Assembly (NCBI GenBank): GCA_020536535.1
Contig: JAHLWZ010000672.1
Location: 82,758 to 146,757, forward strand
Direction: 5' to 3'
Source of the DNA: Pelomyxa schiedti
Taxonomy: Eukaryota > Protista > Evosea
DNA: 64,000 bases
This document shows positions 14,386 through 28,944 of this stretch, piece after piece. The notes under the pieces are model-generated. The model made no database searches. It saw nothing but the letters and a program-made list of their open reading frames with translations, and had not been told where the DNA came from. How positions within the stretch are numbered: position 1 is the stretch's first letter; every line of letters begins with the position of its first letter. Both the position numbers and the translations under genes were made by a program.

Positions 14386-14680
14386 TGGTTCCTTGTGTTT
14401 GTTGTTGGAAACCACTTCGCTGCATTTTGGCTAACGGTTTGATGATTCTCAAAGTTCAGTGGAAGTTTGGACGATGATGGATGTAGTGCTTAAAAAAGCG
14501 GTTTGGGCCGCTCGATCAAAATTGTGGTTTTCCACCACAAAAAAAGAGTTGTGTTTTGCGTGGTGCAGGCGATTGATTGGGATATGTGATAATCTAGGGA
14601 TCCTTTGGTTTTTTTTTTTAAAAGCTTTGTTTTTTATCTACTTGTGTATTTGGTGCCAGTATAGGTCATCTATATATGCT

Positions 14681-15415
14681 TCATTCGTGCTTGTCCTTGG
14701 CCAAGTCGACAAGTGTATCCAGCACGCCTCTTTTGTGAGAGCGTTTGCTTCGCACGGCCACGGCTGCGACGGCGGGGGTGAACGTGTCCCTCACGGTGAG
14801 TTTCGGCGACGCCATGTTGGGCGCCGACGTGGGCCCAGGGGGCGCCCCTGGGCTGTTGTACTTGGCCTGCGGAGGAGGCTCGTAGCGGGGGACAACGGCC
14901 AACGGCGTGTAGCTGCCATTGGGATTGGCATTGGCATTGGGGCTGGTGTTGTACGTGGAATAGGCCGAGGGGGTGGAGGCTTGGCTGGGACTGCCGTAGT
15001 AGTAGATTGGGGCTGTCGTGGCAGTGTTTGGGTTCGGTGACAAGGCCATTCCGGATTGTGGTTGTTGGTACTGGGCAGTGCGAGACGATGACGGCGGTGG
15101 TGTGGCTGTGGCCTGTGGCTGCTGCTGCTGCCCATTGGCGTAGTACTGGCGCAGAAGCTGTTTGTTCTGCTGGTGGGTACTGGCCGCCGTGGAGTATTGT
15201 TGTTGTTGTTGTTGTGGTTGCGGCTGATAGTGTGTGGTTGTAGAGGTAGAGGCGACGGCGGGTGGGTTGGCTACTGCTGCCGCGGCGGACGAGTCGGCGT
15301 GGGCTGTTGGGTAGTGGCCGCAGTAGTCGCAGGCGTTACCGGTGGCTGGGAGCACGTAGTCCGCACAGTCGCACTGGCTGCAGCGACCACGTACCTTGCC
15401 TTGCCTATCTCTCAT
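14681..15415 (-). CDS. Hypothetical protein: N-terminal Cys/His zinc-binding motif plus Gln/Pro/Tyr-rich region
   Basis: Single 244-aa ORF with an ATG start. Motif RGRCSQCDCADY-x7-CDYCGHYPTAH. Confidence 0.7.
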   Translation of the reverse strand: MRDRQGKVRGRCSQCDCADYVLPATGNACDYCGHYPTAHADSSAAAAVANPPAVASTSTTTHYQPQPQQQQQQYSTAASTHQQNKQLLRQYYANGQQQQPQATATPPPSSSRTAQYQQPQSGMALSPNPNTATTAPIYYYGSPSQASTPSAYSTYNTSPNANANPNGSYTPLAVVPRYEPPPQAKYNSPGAPPGPTSAPNMASPKLTVRDTFTPAVAAVAVRSKRSHKRGVLDTLVDLAKDKHE

Positions 15416-15453
15416 CCTTTTTTTCTTTTTTGATTGGGTTTATTTTCCGCGAA

Positions 15454-16494
15454 ATGGAGTTCCAAAACAATTACACCCTCAGGATTTGCAATGGAAAAAC
15501 AAGCCGTCGCACTCAGCGCATCGGATTTCAGGCACGAGAGGCACAACGACAAGAATGTGGTCACCGTCAACGACGTGCAGAAGCTCGTCGCCGACAGCAC
15601 CAGCACCACCACCACCGGCGGCGTGCCTCCGCCACCACCGCCCACAACAACCGAGAGGCTAGGCCTGATCGGGGGCGGTGCCGCGGCGGCGGCGGCTGCA
15701 GCGACCGCGGCCGGGGTTGTCTCGTGGCGGGCGCTGTCCTCCACCGCCTCCTCCGCCGCGGCGGTGTGCAGCGGTGGGTCGTGTGCGCTGCGCCCGCCCC
15801 CCGCTCTTGGCGGCCGGCTCGCCTCCTCGTCCCTGCCTCGGTGGGGCGGCTCGCTGCTGGGCGCGGGCACCGGCGGGGGGGCGGCCCAGAGCGCACTGGG
15901 CGGGGCGGCGAGGCACCTATGCAGCATCGGCGGCGGCAGCAGCACGGGGGGGCCACGGCTGCCCCTGGCTCCTTCTGGGGGCGGCAGGGGGGGCTCGTCT
16001 GGGGGGGCTCAGCTTGCTCTCGTTGGAGTTGTATGTGCTCGAACTGTTTGTTGTATTTTGGATTGGTTGGTGGGTGTGCTTTTTGTTTTTGATTTTTTTT
16101 TTCTTAATAGGTAAGTAAATTAATGTGTCGAAAAGGGTGTTGCACTGGCTGCGGCTGCGATTGGTGGGTTGTATTACTATTACTTTTCAAAGAGTGGGGA
16201 AGAACCTAGTACTGCAACTACTCCCACTGCTACAACTCCAACTTCCTGTTCCAACCTCACCTCTGCCTCTCCAATTAGTGAACTTCTTTGCGCACTCTGC
16301 ATGGAAAATAGGTGAACGTCGTCCTTCCACCCCTCTCGTTTATTAACATGATTGTGCACTATAGTGTGGACACTGCTCTTGTCCGCTGTGGGCACACTTT
16401 GTGCAATACATGCTTACAGCAACTGCACACGCCTGTCAACTGCCCATTTTGCAGACAGGCAACCACTGATACCATTAAAATCTTTTTCGTTTAA
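15454..16494 (+). CDS. C-terminal RING-HC finger protein (putative E3 ligase); N-terminal frame/start uncertain (15454 or 15491)
   Basis: Spliced RING: LCALCMENS|VDTALVRCGHTLCNTCLQQLHTPVNCPFCRQATTDTIKIFFV*. The upstream exon is GC-rich and low complexity. Confidence 0.8.
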
Positions 16495-16559
16495 ACTGGA
16501 AATTTGGCAAGAGAAAAAAAGAAAATTTTTTGGAATTTCATTCTTTGTTTTCCAATATA

Positions 16560-19500
16560 TTAGAAGAGCCAATCATCTGGAGTGGACTCCCAGAGAGTGG
16601 CGGTGTTTTTGCTTGGTTGTGGTTGTGTTTGTGTGTCTGGTTGTTGCTGCATTGTAGCCAGAAGCTTTTCAACTCGGATAACCATTTGGCTGTATTCCTT
16701 CAGAGCTGCATTTGCATAAGAATCAGCAAACGGAAACGGAAGAATGAGCCGTACCCAATTGCAAATCTAGTGCTTCCTTCATCTGGTTAACAGAGACCAA
16801 AAATTCGACGAGGGAGTGCACATCATCTTGCAATGACATTAGCTGGGTCACACTTTCCCGCAAATTAGAGATACCTCGTAGGCCTGTATTGGTAGAAAGC
16901 CCGGATAAGGTTGCACTCAATTTTTGGGGCTCTCCTGCACCCCTATCCCCAAGACCCTTCTGTCTACGCTTCCTTTTACTTTGCCTGCCAGAATCTGTAT
17001 GCATGTTATTCTAGAAACTTAGTTAATTTCTAACCTGGTGCTTGAGGTGGGGCGGTTGGGCTAATTGATATAGAGACGATTCTATTACATGTCTTTGTGT
17101 GCTGTGTTATGGCCGATTTCATTTCCAAAAGGATATCATGGGCTGATTCGATAGCAGCACCTATCAGTGCCTCTACTTTTTCGGCAAGGTTTTGCATTAG
17201 GCACTGGAATGAAGTCAGGAGGAAAATTATTTGAGGTTCGGTACATATTGCATGGCGGTTTTCCACGAGTGAGCTGCCAAGTACAATGAATACACTTTCT
17301 CACAATCTTTGGGGCAGTACTGCTTTAAAACGTCAGCTGCCTCAAGAAATTGCATCCCGCTTTCAAGCTGCTCAACGCACCTATAGGCTAAATAGTTGAA
17401 TACCAACAGACAGTTGGAAATGCTTTTGTTTTTTTTTTAAATACCTAGATCACAGAGTCGTTCTGGAGAATAGTTGGCTTTGTGTGCGGAAATGAAAGCT
17501 GACTGCCAATCATTGGAACTGACAAACTCTGTGATTGCTTTTTCATGCTTCGATGCCATTTGATACACTGGGGCGATAAAACAGAATGATACGTGAGAGA
17601 TGTGGAACCTGTGAAACAGTGTAACACATACGAATAGCGGCATTTCTCTGAGAGCCGGTTGAAACAAGATAGTCTCCATGCAGCTCGCAAATCGCATAAA
17701 ATTGGGGAGTATTGTGCTCGTACAGTTGCATGGCTTGCTTGTATAACTGGTGTTCTTGAATGAGCCTCAAGCACTCAGGGAATTTATCACTTCCCGCCTT
17801 GCTGACGAAGAAGAATTAAATGTGATTAAAAGGTGGAAGTGAACCAACCTGAGATTGGCCAATGCTGAAGCGTAGCGCCGTAAATGAACATCTATCGAAT
17901 ACTTCATGTAATACTCTGGCATCGCTTGAAGTTCTTCAAGGAAAGGAATGTACTCCTTTGGGTCCTACTCAAAAAATCAAAAAAGAAGAGAAAGAAATAT
18001 TCCACTTACACGTTGTGACTTTTCAGAGACCATATGAACAAGGTCGAAGTCGTACATCCCAAGGGCAGTATCGAACAAAACATTCACCTCAACAAGGACC
18101 ACAGCGAATTCAACGAGTTTAGATCCTAATATCTTGGACTTGTCCAGCCCTGATACAGATCAGTTGTGCTCGAAAAGAAGGGGCTCCACACACTGTTCAG
18201 TTGGTGAATAAGCCTAAGTCCGGATTCGTAGTCGGGGGGTGATTTGACTGCATGGGCAGTAAAAATGGAGGTGTAATATCTGAAAGTAAATGAGATGCTA
18301 TGACGAGAGGAGAAGCTGACTTGCTGATGTCCTTTGTTTGAAGTATTTCAATAAACTTGTCACATACTGTGTTAACTTTGGACAAAGTTGAGGGTGGTGG
18401 TGTTTGAGAAAGCTGCAGCGGATTCTGATATAGCTTTACAGCAACATTTTCCTCTCTGACCAATCAGTACATTGAGCAAGGAAAAAAATTAAACCAAACC
18501 TCAGGCTTGAAAGGAATATGTTCAGCTGCTCTGGTGATTGAATTTGCTCGATGACTAAGTCCAAATCTGCCATAAAGGTGGCAAAGTTGTTGTCACACAA
18601 GAAATTTGGATCAATCCTGTGGCGCCTTATAAGGCCCATTCCTTGCTGATAGCATTTTCTAATGCAATATGATGATTAATCACCCTTGAAACTGCGGTTA
18701 CCTTTCAAGACAAGACCTCAAGGTATCTGTTACAAGCCCCCTTGGATGAACCGATTCAAGATTTCCTCTTGGCATCTACATTGATTATACTCAGACAACC
18801 TCCAACTTTCAATAGCATTAAATACCTGCATTACAACTAAAGTCATATCCGGAGTCCGTGGCACAGCAACAATAACGGCACCACGTTCGACTGTTCTAGA
18901 GGAGTCATGCCAGATATTATCTAATTCTGTTGCGAGTTCTGCAGTAAGGTCCAGACCTAAAGGCAGAAGTCTGGAAATTGTTGGAGATGAGGATTGGTGG
19001 CTTGGAAAATTATTCGCACCGAAGTTTGTAGTCGAGTGTGGTATAAACAATAAAACGCGGATGGAGAGAAAATGATGTGCAAGAATTGGACACAAGGATC
19101 TTTCCAACAAACAGGTGATTTCTTGTGCTCAGCCCGACGACAACTTCCTGTTGAAAAAGTGTTTCAACAAAAGAAATGAGGAAGATGTTGGCATAACCTT
19201 TCCATCAGGAAGTTTTGTCACCGAAATTGAGCGACATGGAACAGGGAAGTCCAAAGAATGATCAGGTGTTGCAACGAACTCCCCTAAAAAAAAAAAAAGA
19301 ATGGTAAATGGATGAAAAGTCATGTCAAAGGACTAACAAACCCTCCCTGCTGGACTTAAAAACTGCTCCATTGGTGAGCTCCAAGAAAAATGAAGACTCA
19401 CCAAGTGCGATGTCGAGAACTCTGCCATTAAGAGTTCTTTCAATCATAGTGATGCTATTGGATTCTGCTAAAAAAAGGTAAACATAGTGGCCAAAGAAAG

Positions 19501-21599
19501 AAACCCTCACCCAATCGAAAGTCTATGATGCAGTCACAAGTGCTGGAACTTGGGCTTTTAGAGACTGCCAGCACTCTTGACGAAGACAATACTTGAGTTA
19601 GTCTCACACAAGACAACGTTGGGTGTTGCACAGCACATGTAAGAGTTGGTGCACAGTGGGGTTGTAAGGCATATAGGAAAAGTGACTGTGGGGGGCTTTC
19701 TGATGATGGCTGGAACAGAGTGGTGGAACAGTGAACAGCCATGATATCACCACTGAAGGACACCCTCAAAACTTGGGCAGGGAGGGCAATAGAATAGCAC
19801 GACATGGGTGGAGGGACTATACTTTGAGCCAGAGGGGTCAACAGTAAGGAATCTGTTTTTAAATTTAGGAGGTGAGTACGGCATTGAACTGGGGAAATCA
19901 CACTTCCGTCAACCACAGCAGTCATGCTCGTGGAACTTTCAGTTGCAACTGCAAAATCCCAACAGAATTGTATTTCGTGAAGTTCAAGCCCTGTTTTCTG
20001 TTACTGCAGGTGGAATCAACACAACCCTACCTGTGTAAACACGAAACAACATTGGATCCTCTGGATCCCACTCTGCGTATACGCAAGGGCCTTGTATATT
20101 ACTACTCTGTTTCAAGTACCACTTGAAATTACTGAAAATCCAAAATTGAACATTAACATCCTACTATGAAGGTGGGATCAAGGTGTGGACTTGGGAGACT
20201 GCATACAATTGGATTATTTCCTGAAGTGAATATCACTGCCAATACATCCGAGGAAGAATTCCATAGAACACTGGAGAGCTTCTTGTCACCCTGCCCAGTG
20301 CACGTAAAACTTCCTCTGATGGCCCCATTTTGTTCGAATTGTACAACTCGGTTATCTACGGTTCCAACAGAGATGAAACTCCCTGAAGGTCTATCTCACT
20401 CAGCCAGTGGGAGTAAGATATATAAATCAACCTCCAAGAGACTGATTGGACAAGATCCACTTTTTCTTTGCATGAAACAAGAAACTTTCCAGACTTGTCG
20501 AAGATGGATACAAGTCTTTTACCTTGTAGAACAATTAGATTTTTTATTTAAAAAATAGATTTTTATGAAGAAACCTGGGGTCACATCAGTGTGATTGACA
20601 GCAAACAATGACCCATCTCCTTTCCAACTTATTTCTGCTAAAAACTTGAGTATGTTGAATGAAAGCAAAAAAATATTACCACCAAAGAACGACAGTTTTT
20701 CAGATGGCACAGGAAGTGAGTGCTTGTGAAGTATTCTGGCATCAGTTTCATCTATCACAACCACAGAACAGTCTTCTAGAACAACTGCTGCTACCTTGAT
20801 GAATCGTCAAAAGGGGAAAGTTATTTTGTTCATACAGCGGATCCAGGACACCATTGAACACAAACTATTGGAAGTGGGAGCAAACCAACAACTTCAACCT
20901 GAAAGATTGTTGTGGGATACATAATGCTTTGGTAAGAATAGCGTACCACACTCAACCGAGGGTCATAAGAAAGCACTTCCCCCGTTTTCAGGGCAACATT
21001 TAAACGAGCTGTATCTGGATTGAACTGTAATGCCACAATTTGAAGACTTTTGTGTGTGACTAGTGGGAGGAAAAGAGGCTGTATCTCTTTGCAAGTAACT
21101 GGAAACCTGAGAGAATTGGGAAAAAATGGTCAAACTGTGGAAAAGAGGGGAAAAAATGGTCAAACTGTGGAAAAGAGGGGAAAAAAAAAAAAACCGAAAA
21201 TAGAATAAATGTCATACGTGGAAATTGTTGAGGAAGAAGCTGGGGCAGTGACACATGACATTTGAACTAAAGTGCACAAACAAGAACCTCGTTTGGAACA
21301 ACATGCCCCCCACAGGGTTCGTCCCCCAATGCTGTTTTGTTTTCACATCGGTGAGAACTTTAAATTCGTCCAGAAAGTGAGTGGGTGCTCACGTGTGACT
21401 GGGAGTCGTTGCCCCAGATGCCAAAATTGAAACTGGGCCCACATCTGTCGTGGCAGCGAGAACCTGAATCCACAGTGAAAACCCATTGTGAAAAAACAAG
21501 GGGCGCGAGCTGTGTTGTAGTGATGGGATGTCAATTGTATGCGGTCACGCCACGAACATTGTTCACGGTCGACTGGACGCTGAGCTTAAGATTGTGCAT
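16560..21599 (-). CDS. ELP1: Elongator complex protein 1 (IKI3/IKAP)
   Basis: Start MHNLKL. Conserved segments ISWKGDGSLFAV, RPSGSFISV...VVQFEQNGAIRGSF, MPRGNLESVHPRGLV and LIRRHRIDPNFLCDNN. Basic patch RQSKRKRRQK near the C-terminus. Confidence 0.92.
21121..21180 (+). repeat. Perfect 2 x 30-bp tandem duplication in an ELP1 intron
   Basis: aaaaaatggtcaaactgtggaaaagagggg occurs at 21121-21150 and 21151-21180. Confidence 0.95.
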
Positions 21600-22005
21600 G
21601 TTTAATTCCCTTGGCTAGCTGATCAAATTTTCTCCCAATGATTTTGGCGAAGCACCGAGTACTGAGAACCTTGGTATGGTCAGTTCCTGGACCACTCACG
21701 TATTGGAAGTCAATGATGCGACAAGAAGAGCAAAACGCTCTTAGGAAGCTACATGGGTAGACCTTCGTATGGTCACTCATCACAGAGGTTGCTGGGCATG
21801 AGAGGCGCTATCACACCAGAGATTCCCTTCCAGGGTGAGATCTCGGAACGATTTTCTCAAACCAGGTAGATAAAAAGGCATCCTCAGCGACAAAGAATAA
21901 ATAAATTGATGAAAAAATCGCAAAACGACAAGCAACTTCGCATTATTTTTTTGTTTATAAAAGTAATTTCGGACAAATAATAGCCCTTCCACATACATCG
22001 CTACG

Positions 22006-24353
<2,348 letters not shown>

Positions 24354-24441
24354 TGTTCCAATCAGAAATCCAAAGTAGAAATTACAGAGAAACATCATTT
24401 TTGGGGCAAAATGAAATCTTTTTATTCTATTCCATTTTCCT

Positions 24442-27400
24442 CTATGAACCGAGTGTCAGTGCCCGCTCCTTTTTGGGCGGTGCTTGTTCTGCGGGTGCAA
24501 GTGTGGTTACGTAGATTACATCTGGGAGAAGCACAACGGCACAACTGTCGGGGAGACTGTCTTGCAGAACTGGAGTGATGGGGTTAGTACCCGGTGATTG
24601 AGGAGGAGAAGCGAGGCAACTTACTGTCGGTATCTTGGAATGCACAGGGGAGAGACGCGAGCATATCTACAGTGGGGAGTGTGTGGCTAATTGCGGCAGT
24701 AACTGTGTACTCAATTGGAAGTGGGTAGAGGCGGAAACAGTCACGTTGTGTTGAAATGTTACAGCGAGCAAATATTTTAGATTTCAATGTGCGGATGGTC
24801 TCGTAGCGTGAAAGTACTACCTGGGAAGTGATTAAATGGTTTAGGGAAGGAGGCTGCCGAGCAACTTCGAATATTGGATCAGGGGTTGCTGGCTGTTTGG
24901 CCCATGATACTACATATATAACAATTTGCTCAATATCATGGACCTCCTCAGGTTTCCCAATATCCTATTATGTATGAATTCTAGAAGAGAGGATACATAA
25001 GGTACCCAAACAGCCACGTCAAATTCGTCCTGGCATATATCTTGAATTGGCATACAATCCGGTAAAGTCTGAATAATGTAAAGTGGTGCAATGTTACATA
25101 TAATACACACCATTTTCAGCCGGTACTCTGATTTACGGAAAACTGGGATCAAACGAAGATGGCTGGAGTTCGGATACCGCAGGGGATCTGTTTTGGCAAT
25201 GGCATGTTTGAGATTGGCTACCGTACCATATGTATGAGCTTGCTCTATCTGATTTGGTGAGTATTATGCATCCTGGGGGATAGTGTACTTGAAGAGCGTT
25301 GCTAAAAGCCATTTCAGTGTGAATAAAAGTATGCACACTGAAAAAGAGTTAACGGACGGGAACGAGAAGACAACGATGCTTATTCATGGATCATACATGA
25401 GGCAAGGGTAAACTGGAGAAGGGAGAGCAACTAAGGGTGTTCCACCGACTACGTTTAGTGCAAGTAGTGTGCTACTATGGTCTACGATCTGAAAGGGGGG
25501 TTATTTATGAGAAGCCTCAATTAAAGAAACAACCTCCACATTCCAGTTGTACCCGCGGAATATCCTTACTCTCTTTGTGTCCCACATGGCAGCATGTTGT
25601 TCAACACCCACACTTTTCTTTATGTTTCATTTTTACCTCATAAAAGAGAGCTTAAAAGGTACCAAGGTATCGGCAACGGCGGATTTCAACTCGTTCAAAG
25701 TCACAAGTCCATGAGGCAAGAAGAGGTGTACAGTTTCTTCTCCATTAGTACCTAATTTCACTTTGAAGTGCTCAGGATTCGTAATATTAGGTATCAGGTC
25801 ACAGTCAGGTGTGGAACTAAAAGAAATTTCCAGGAGTACCCAGGAAAATGGAATCTACCTTAGCCACATGCATGAAGAGTCATCAGGAAGAGGTAATGTT
25901 TCATTGGGATCACCGAGTACTTTGTTGCCTTTCCTGGTGCATAGTATCAAGTCATGTGAGACCCCAATTTTTTCCTTGGTAGTCATCAAAATTCTCGAGT
26001 TTGTATGTGTCAACTCCTTACCTTGAATTGTTGAACGGTTTCGTTTTTGCCGGCGTACCAGTGAGAGTATCTGTAAGAACCTGACTCAAATGTGCCAATC
26101 CTCCACACAGAAGCCTCTCCGGATAAGAGCAGAGCATTTGCATTCACAACACATAGGACCTGTGTCAAAAAATTTCCATTGTTAGGAACCAAATTTCCTG
26201 TTTACCTGTCTTCTTGCTAGACCCAGAGACCCTATTGTAGCGGAGTCTTCCTGGGGTAGAGGAGTGCCGCTGCGCCACAGATTATCAGTATTGGTGTTGG
26301 TCACAAAAACGAAGTCACTAGAAAGTTTGAACAGATCCTTGACTTCATTCTACGAAAATTAGATTTCTCGATTGTGTGGGAGTACTGTACCTTTAACTCA
26401 AGTAAAGTTTTCTTTTGATACACAGTGAGTAAGTGCTCGTAGTATTTGTAGACAACACTGATTTCAAAAGACTCAGACAGCATTTTTTTCTTCATAACCT
26501 TGACATTCCAGGTCTCATTTTTGTGCTTTACCAAGCTGTCCAATGCAGGGGGTATAGCAGTATCCGGCACAATATTAACGTTTCGTGTTGGGTTAACTAT
26601 TGTAATTGATGGAAGAGCAATAAATTGAATGCAGATACCTTGCCGATACATCAACATATACGCGGTTCCATAACCGTCTTGTGAAACACCGTAACTAAGC
26701 ATATGTAAGCCAAATAATGTGTTTTCAGTAGGATTTTACCAGGCACTTATATCCGACTCGGGTATTTTAGTTACATTAGAGTCATTGAAGTTGTACCACT
26801 GGTTTGACTCGAAATTCTAGTGAATTAGGTTTCTTCCCTAAGGTAATCAAATAGACCTTGATGAATGCGTAGTAATGGCCACCTGACGCATTGCCACTAT
26901 GGACAAGTATAGCATACAAGTCGTATTTAAAGTAATTGCCATGAGACGTTGAAGGAAGCGATGGTGCGATATCCATGGCATCACATTCAGTCGAGGAACA
27001 AGAAGACTCATGTTGCCCTTCATCTGTGTATCTTATAAAAAAAAAAGGGGGAAAAGGAGGGGGAAAAAGCCAGTAGAACAGGGGGTGGCGTTGGTAGAAG
27101 GAGGAAACTGTTTGCAGATTTACTGGATAAAAGAGGTGCCACATCAAGGACTGTTGGAAAGGCCACAGAATCATTTAGTTTAATACGCTGGTTCTGTTTT
27201 TTTTTTTTTTTTAAGTGCCAAAACGAGAGAAACGCACAACCTTTGTGAAATCAAATGTGAACCGCTTCAGATGCAATGTAAGAATGTAGGGTACAGTTTT
27301 TAACGACAGAGATTTTTGTGCGTTGACCTTCACACGTTTAAATGAAGAGAAACGCTACTTGTGTTACCTTCTTGTTACACACGGCGCAGAAGTACTGATT

Positions 27401-28740
27401 TTCTTTTTCCAGAAGTTCTGGTTGCACGAATTTCTGGAGGGCCTACCACTGGTGAATCTTAAAAGGCAAAGACAGAATCCAAGGAAAGTACCTCATTGAC
27501 ATTTTTAATAGCAACTGCTCCACCATCTTTTATATCAAGAGAAATATCTTGGTATGAAACCAATTTAGCAGAAACATTTTTACATTCCTGCAACAATGTT
27601 ACTTTGGAAGTCGTTGGGGATTTCTCACCAAACACTTCACTGAATCAGTCATCTGACCTTGCCACAGCTTATTGGTAATACCTTCCTGAGGTGTACCCTT
27701 AAAGCCAGTTTCAATTTCATCAATTAGAAGACGGTAGAGCTCCTTAACAGCTGTTGGGATACGGAAAAAGTGAGAACAGCAACCTGGGCATCATGTTGTA
27801 TAAAAGATTCTGATGCATCCCAGCCAAAGCTCTTGGTCAGTTTCTGAAATGGACTTAGAATTACTACGTATCACACATTCATACAATTGTTTTGACAGCT
27901 TTTTTTTCAGATTTTTGTAGAAGGGCAAAGAGTCTCTGTAAATTATCCAATATTGTGGAAGTTTTCTTCAAGTCCTCCCTGGAAAAAGGTGGGCCTCATG
28001 ATCAAACACAAAGCAAAGAAAGTACTTGCTGAGGTTAACTTCCGGTGACCACTGGTAAAGGGCAGTTCTGAGCTCCGGAGTCATGTATAATGCCTGAATA
28101 ACACTATTTAAATAGCAGGTAGCGCCTATTAATGTGTTTGTTTGTTTATTAGGACTACAAAGAGGACACTTACAAACCTTGGTTGGACAATCCAACAAAG
28201 CCTGTGGGGGACTTGGTGTCACTAAAAGTTTCTGGTGGTATGTTTTGCCTCGGCCTTGAGAAATTTGAAGTGGAGCTGGTGGAGGAGCCGTAGTTGGAGC
28301 TGGAGCTGTTGGAGCTGCGCCCTGTTTTGGAAGGGTCCTACAAAAGATTACTCTTAATGGAACGGAAAAGGAAGGATGCACACTTTAAGTTCATTGGGTA
28401 AGCTCAGGAGGACCCTGGGCTGTTCTTCAGTGGAACGGAATGCTGTGATTGGCGTAGCTAAAAACTCGGCACCATAGCAATTCGCATGGCCTGTAATTCT
28501 CAATATACTCTCGGAAAGCGCGATCTTCTTCAAATACGGTAGTTTCTCCAACAAGAAGTCCTTTTGGTTTTTTCCTAAAAAAAAAGGAAACTACACGCGG
28601 GAAACTACCTGTACACTGAGATTAGAATGCACAGGGAGAAAATATCTGTGTGTTGCCGGTGCACCCTCCATGGGTTCGTACAACACAATCAGCACCTGCG
28701 GTGCCGAGTTTTGTTGTGGATCTTCTTCCATCGCCGACAT
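24442..28740 (-). CDS. Ubiquitin carboxyl-terminal hydrolase, USP47/USP7-like family
   Basis: Cys box GATCYLNSVIQALYMTPELR, His box YDLYAILVHSGNASGGHYYAFIK, then QWYNFND and TAYMLMYR. C-terminus PPKKERALTLGS* resembles the USP47 end. Confidence 0.9.
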
Positions 28741-28944
28741 CGAGATGTACCGGTTCTACTACGCGTGCCACACCACACTACAAAACTCAACTTGGAATTA
28801 CTGGAGATCTGTCCGGGCAAGCTCACACCCATCACAATCTCAATTCGAAAAAAGAAACAATGCATTTTCTGAGTAATCATTTTTTCTTTCAATTTAACAA
28901 GAAATACAACGGTTTGGTGTGGCGTATGGACGGCCCAGTGAGAT

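Noticed and set aside
15007-16118. Many overlapping Arg/Gly/Pro-rich ORFs in all frames
   Set aside because: These are by-products of a very GC-rich low-complexity exon; only the frame leading to the RING exons is supported.
21765-21780. GTGACCATACG resembling part of yeast 5S rRNA
   Set aside because: Only about 11 nt match; the flanks lack 5S length and box A/C organisation.
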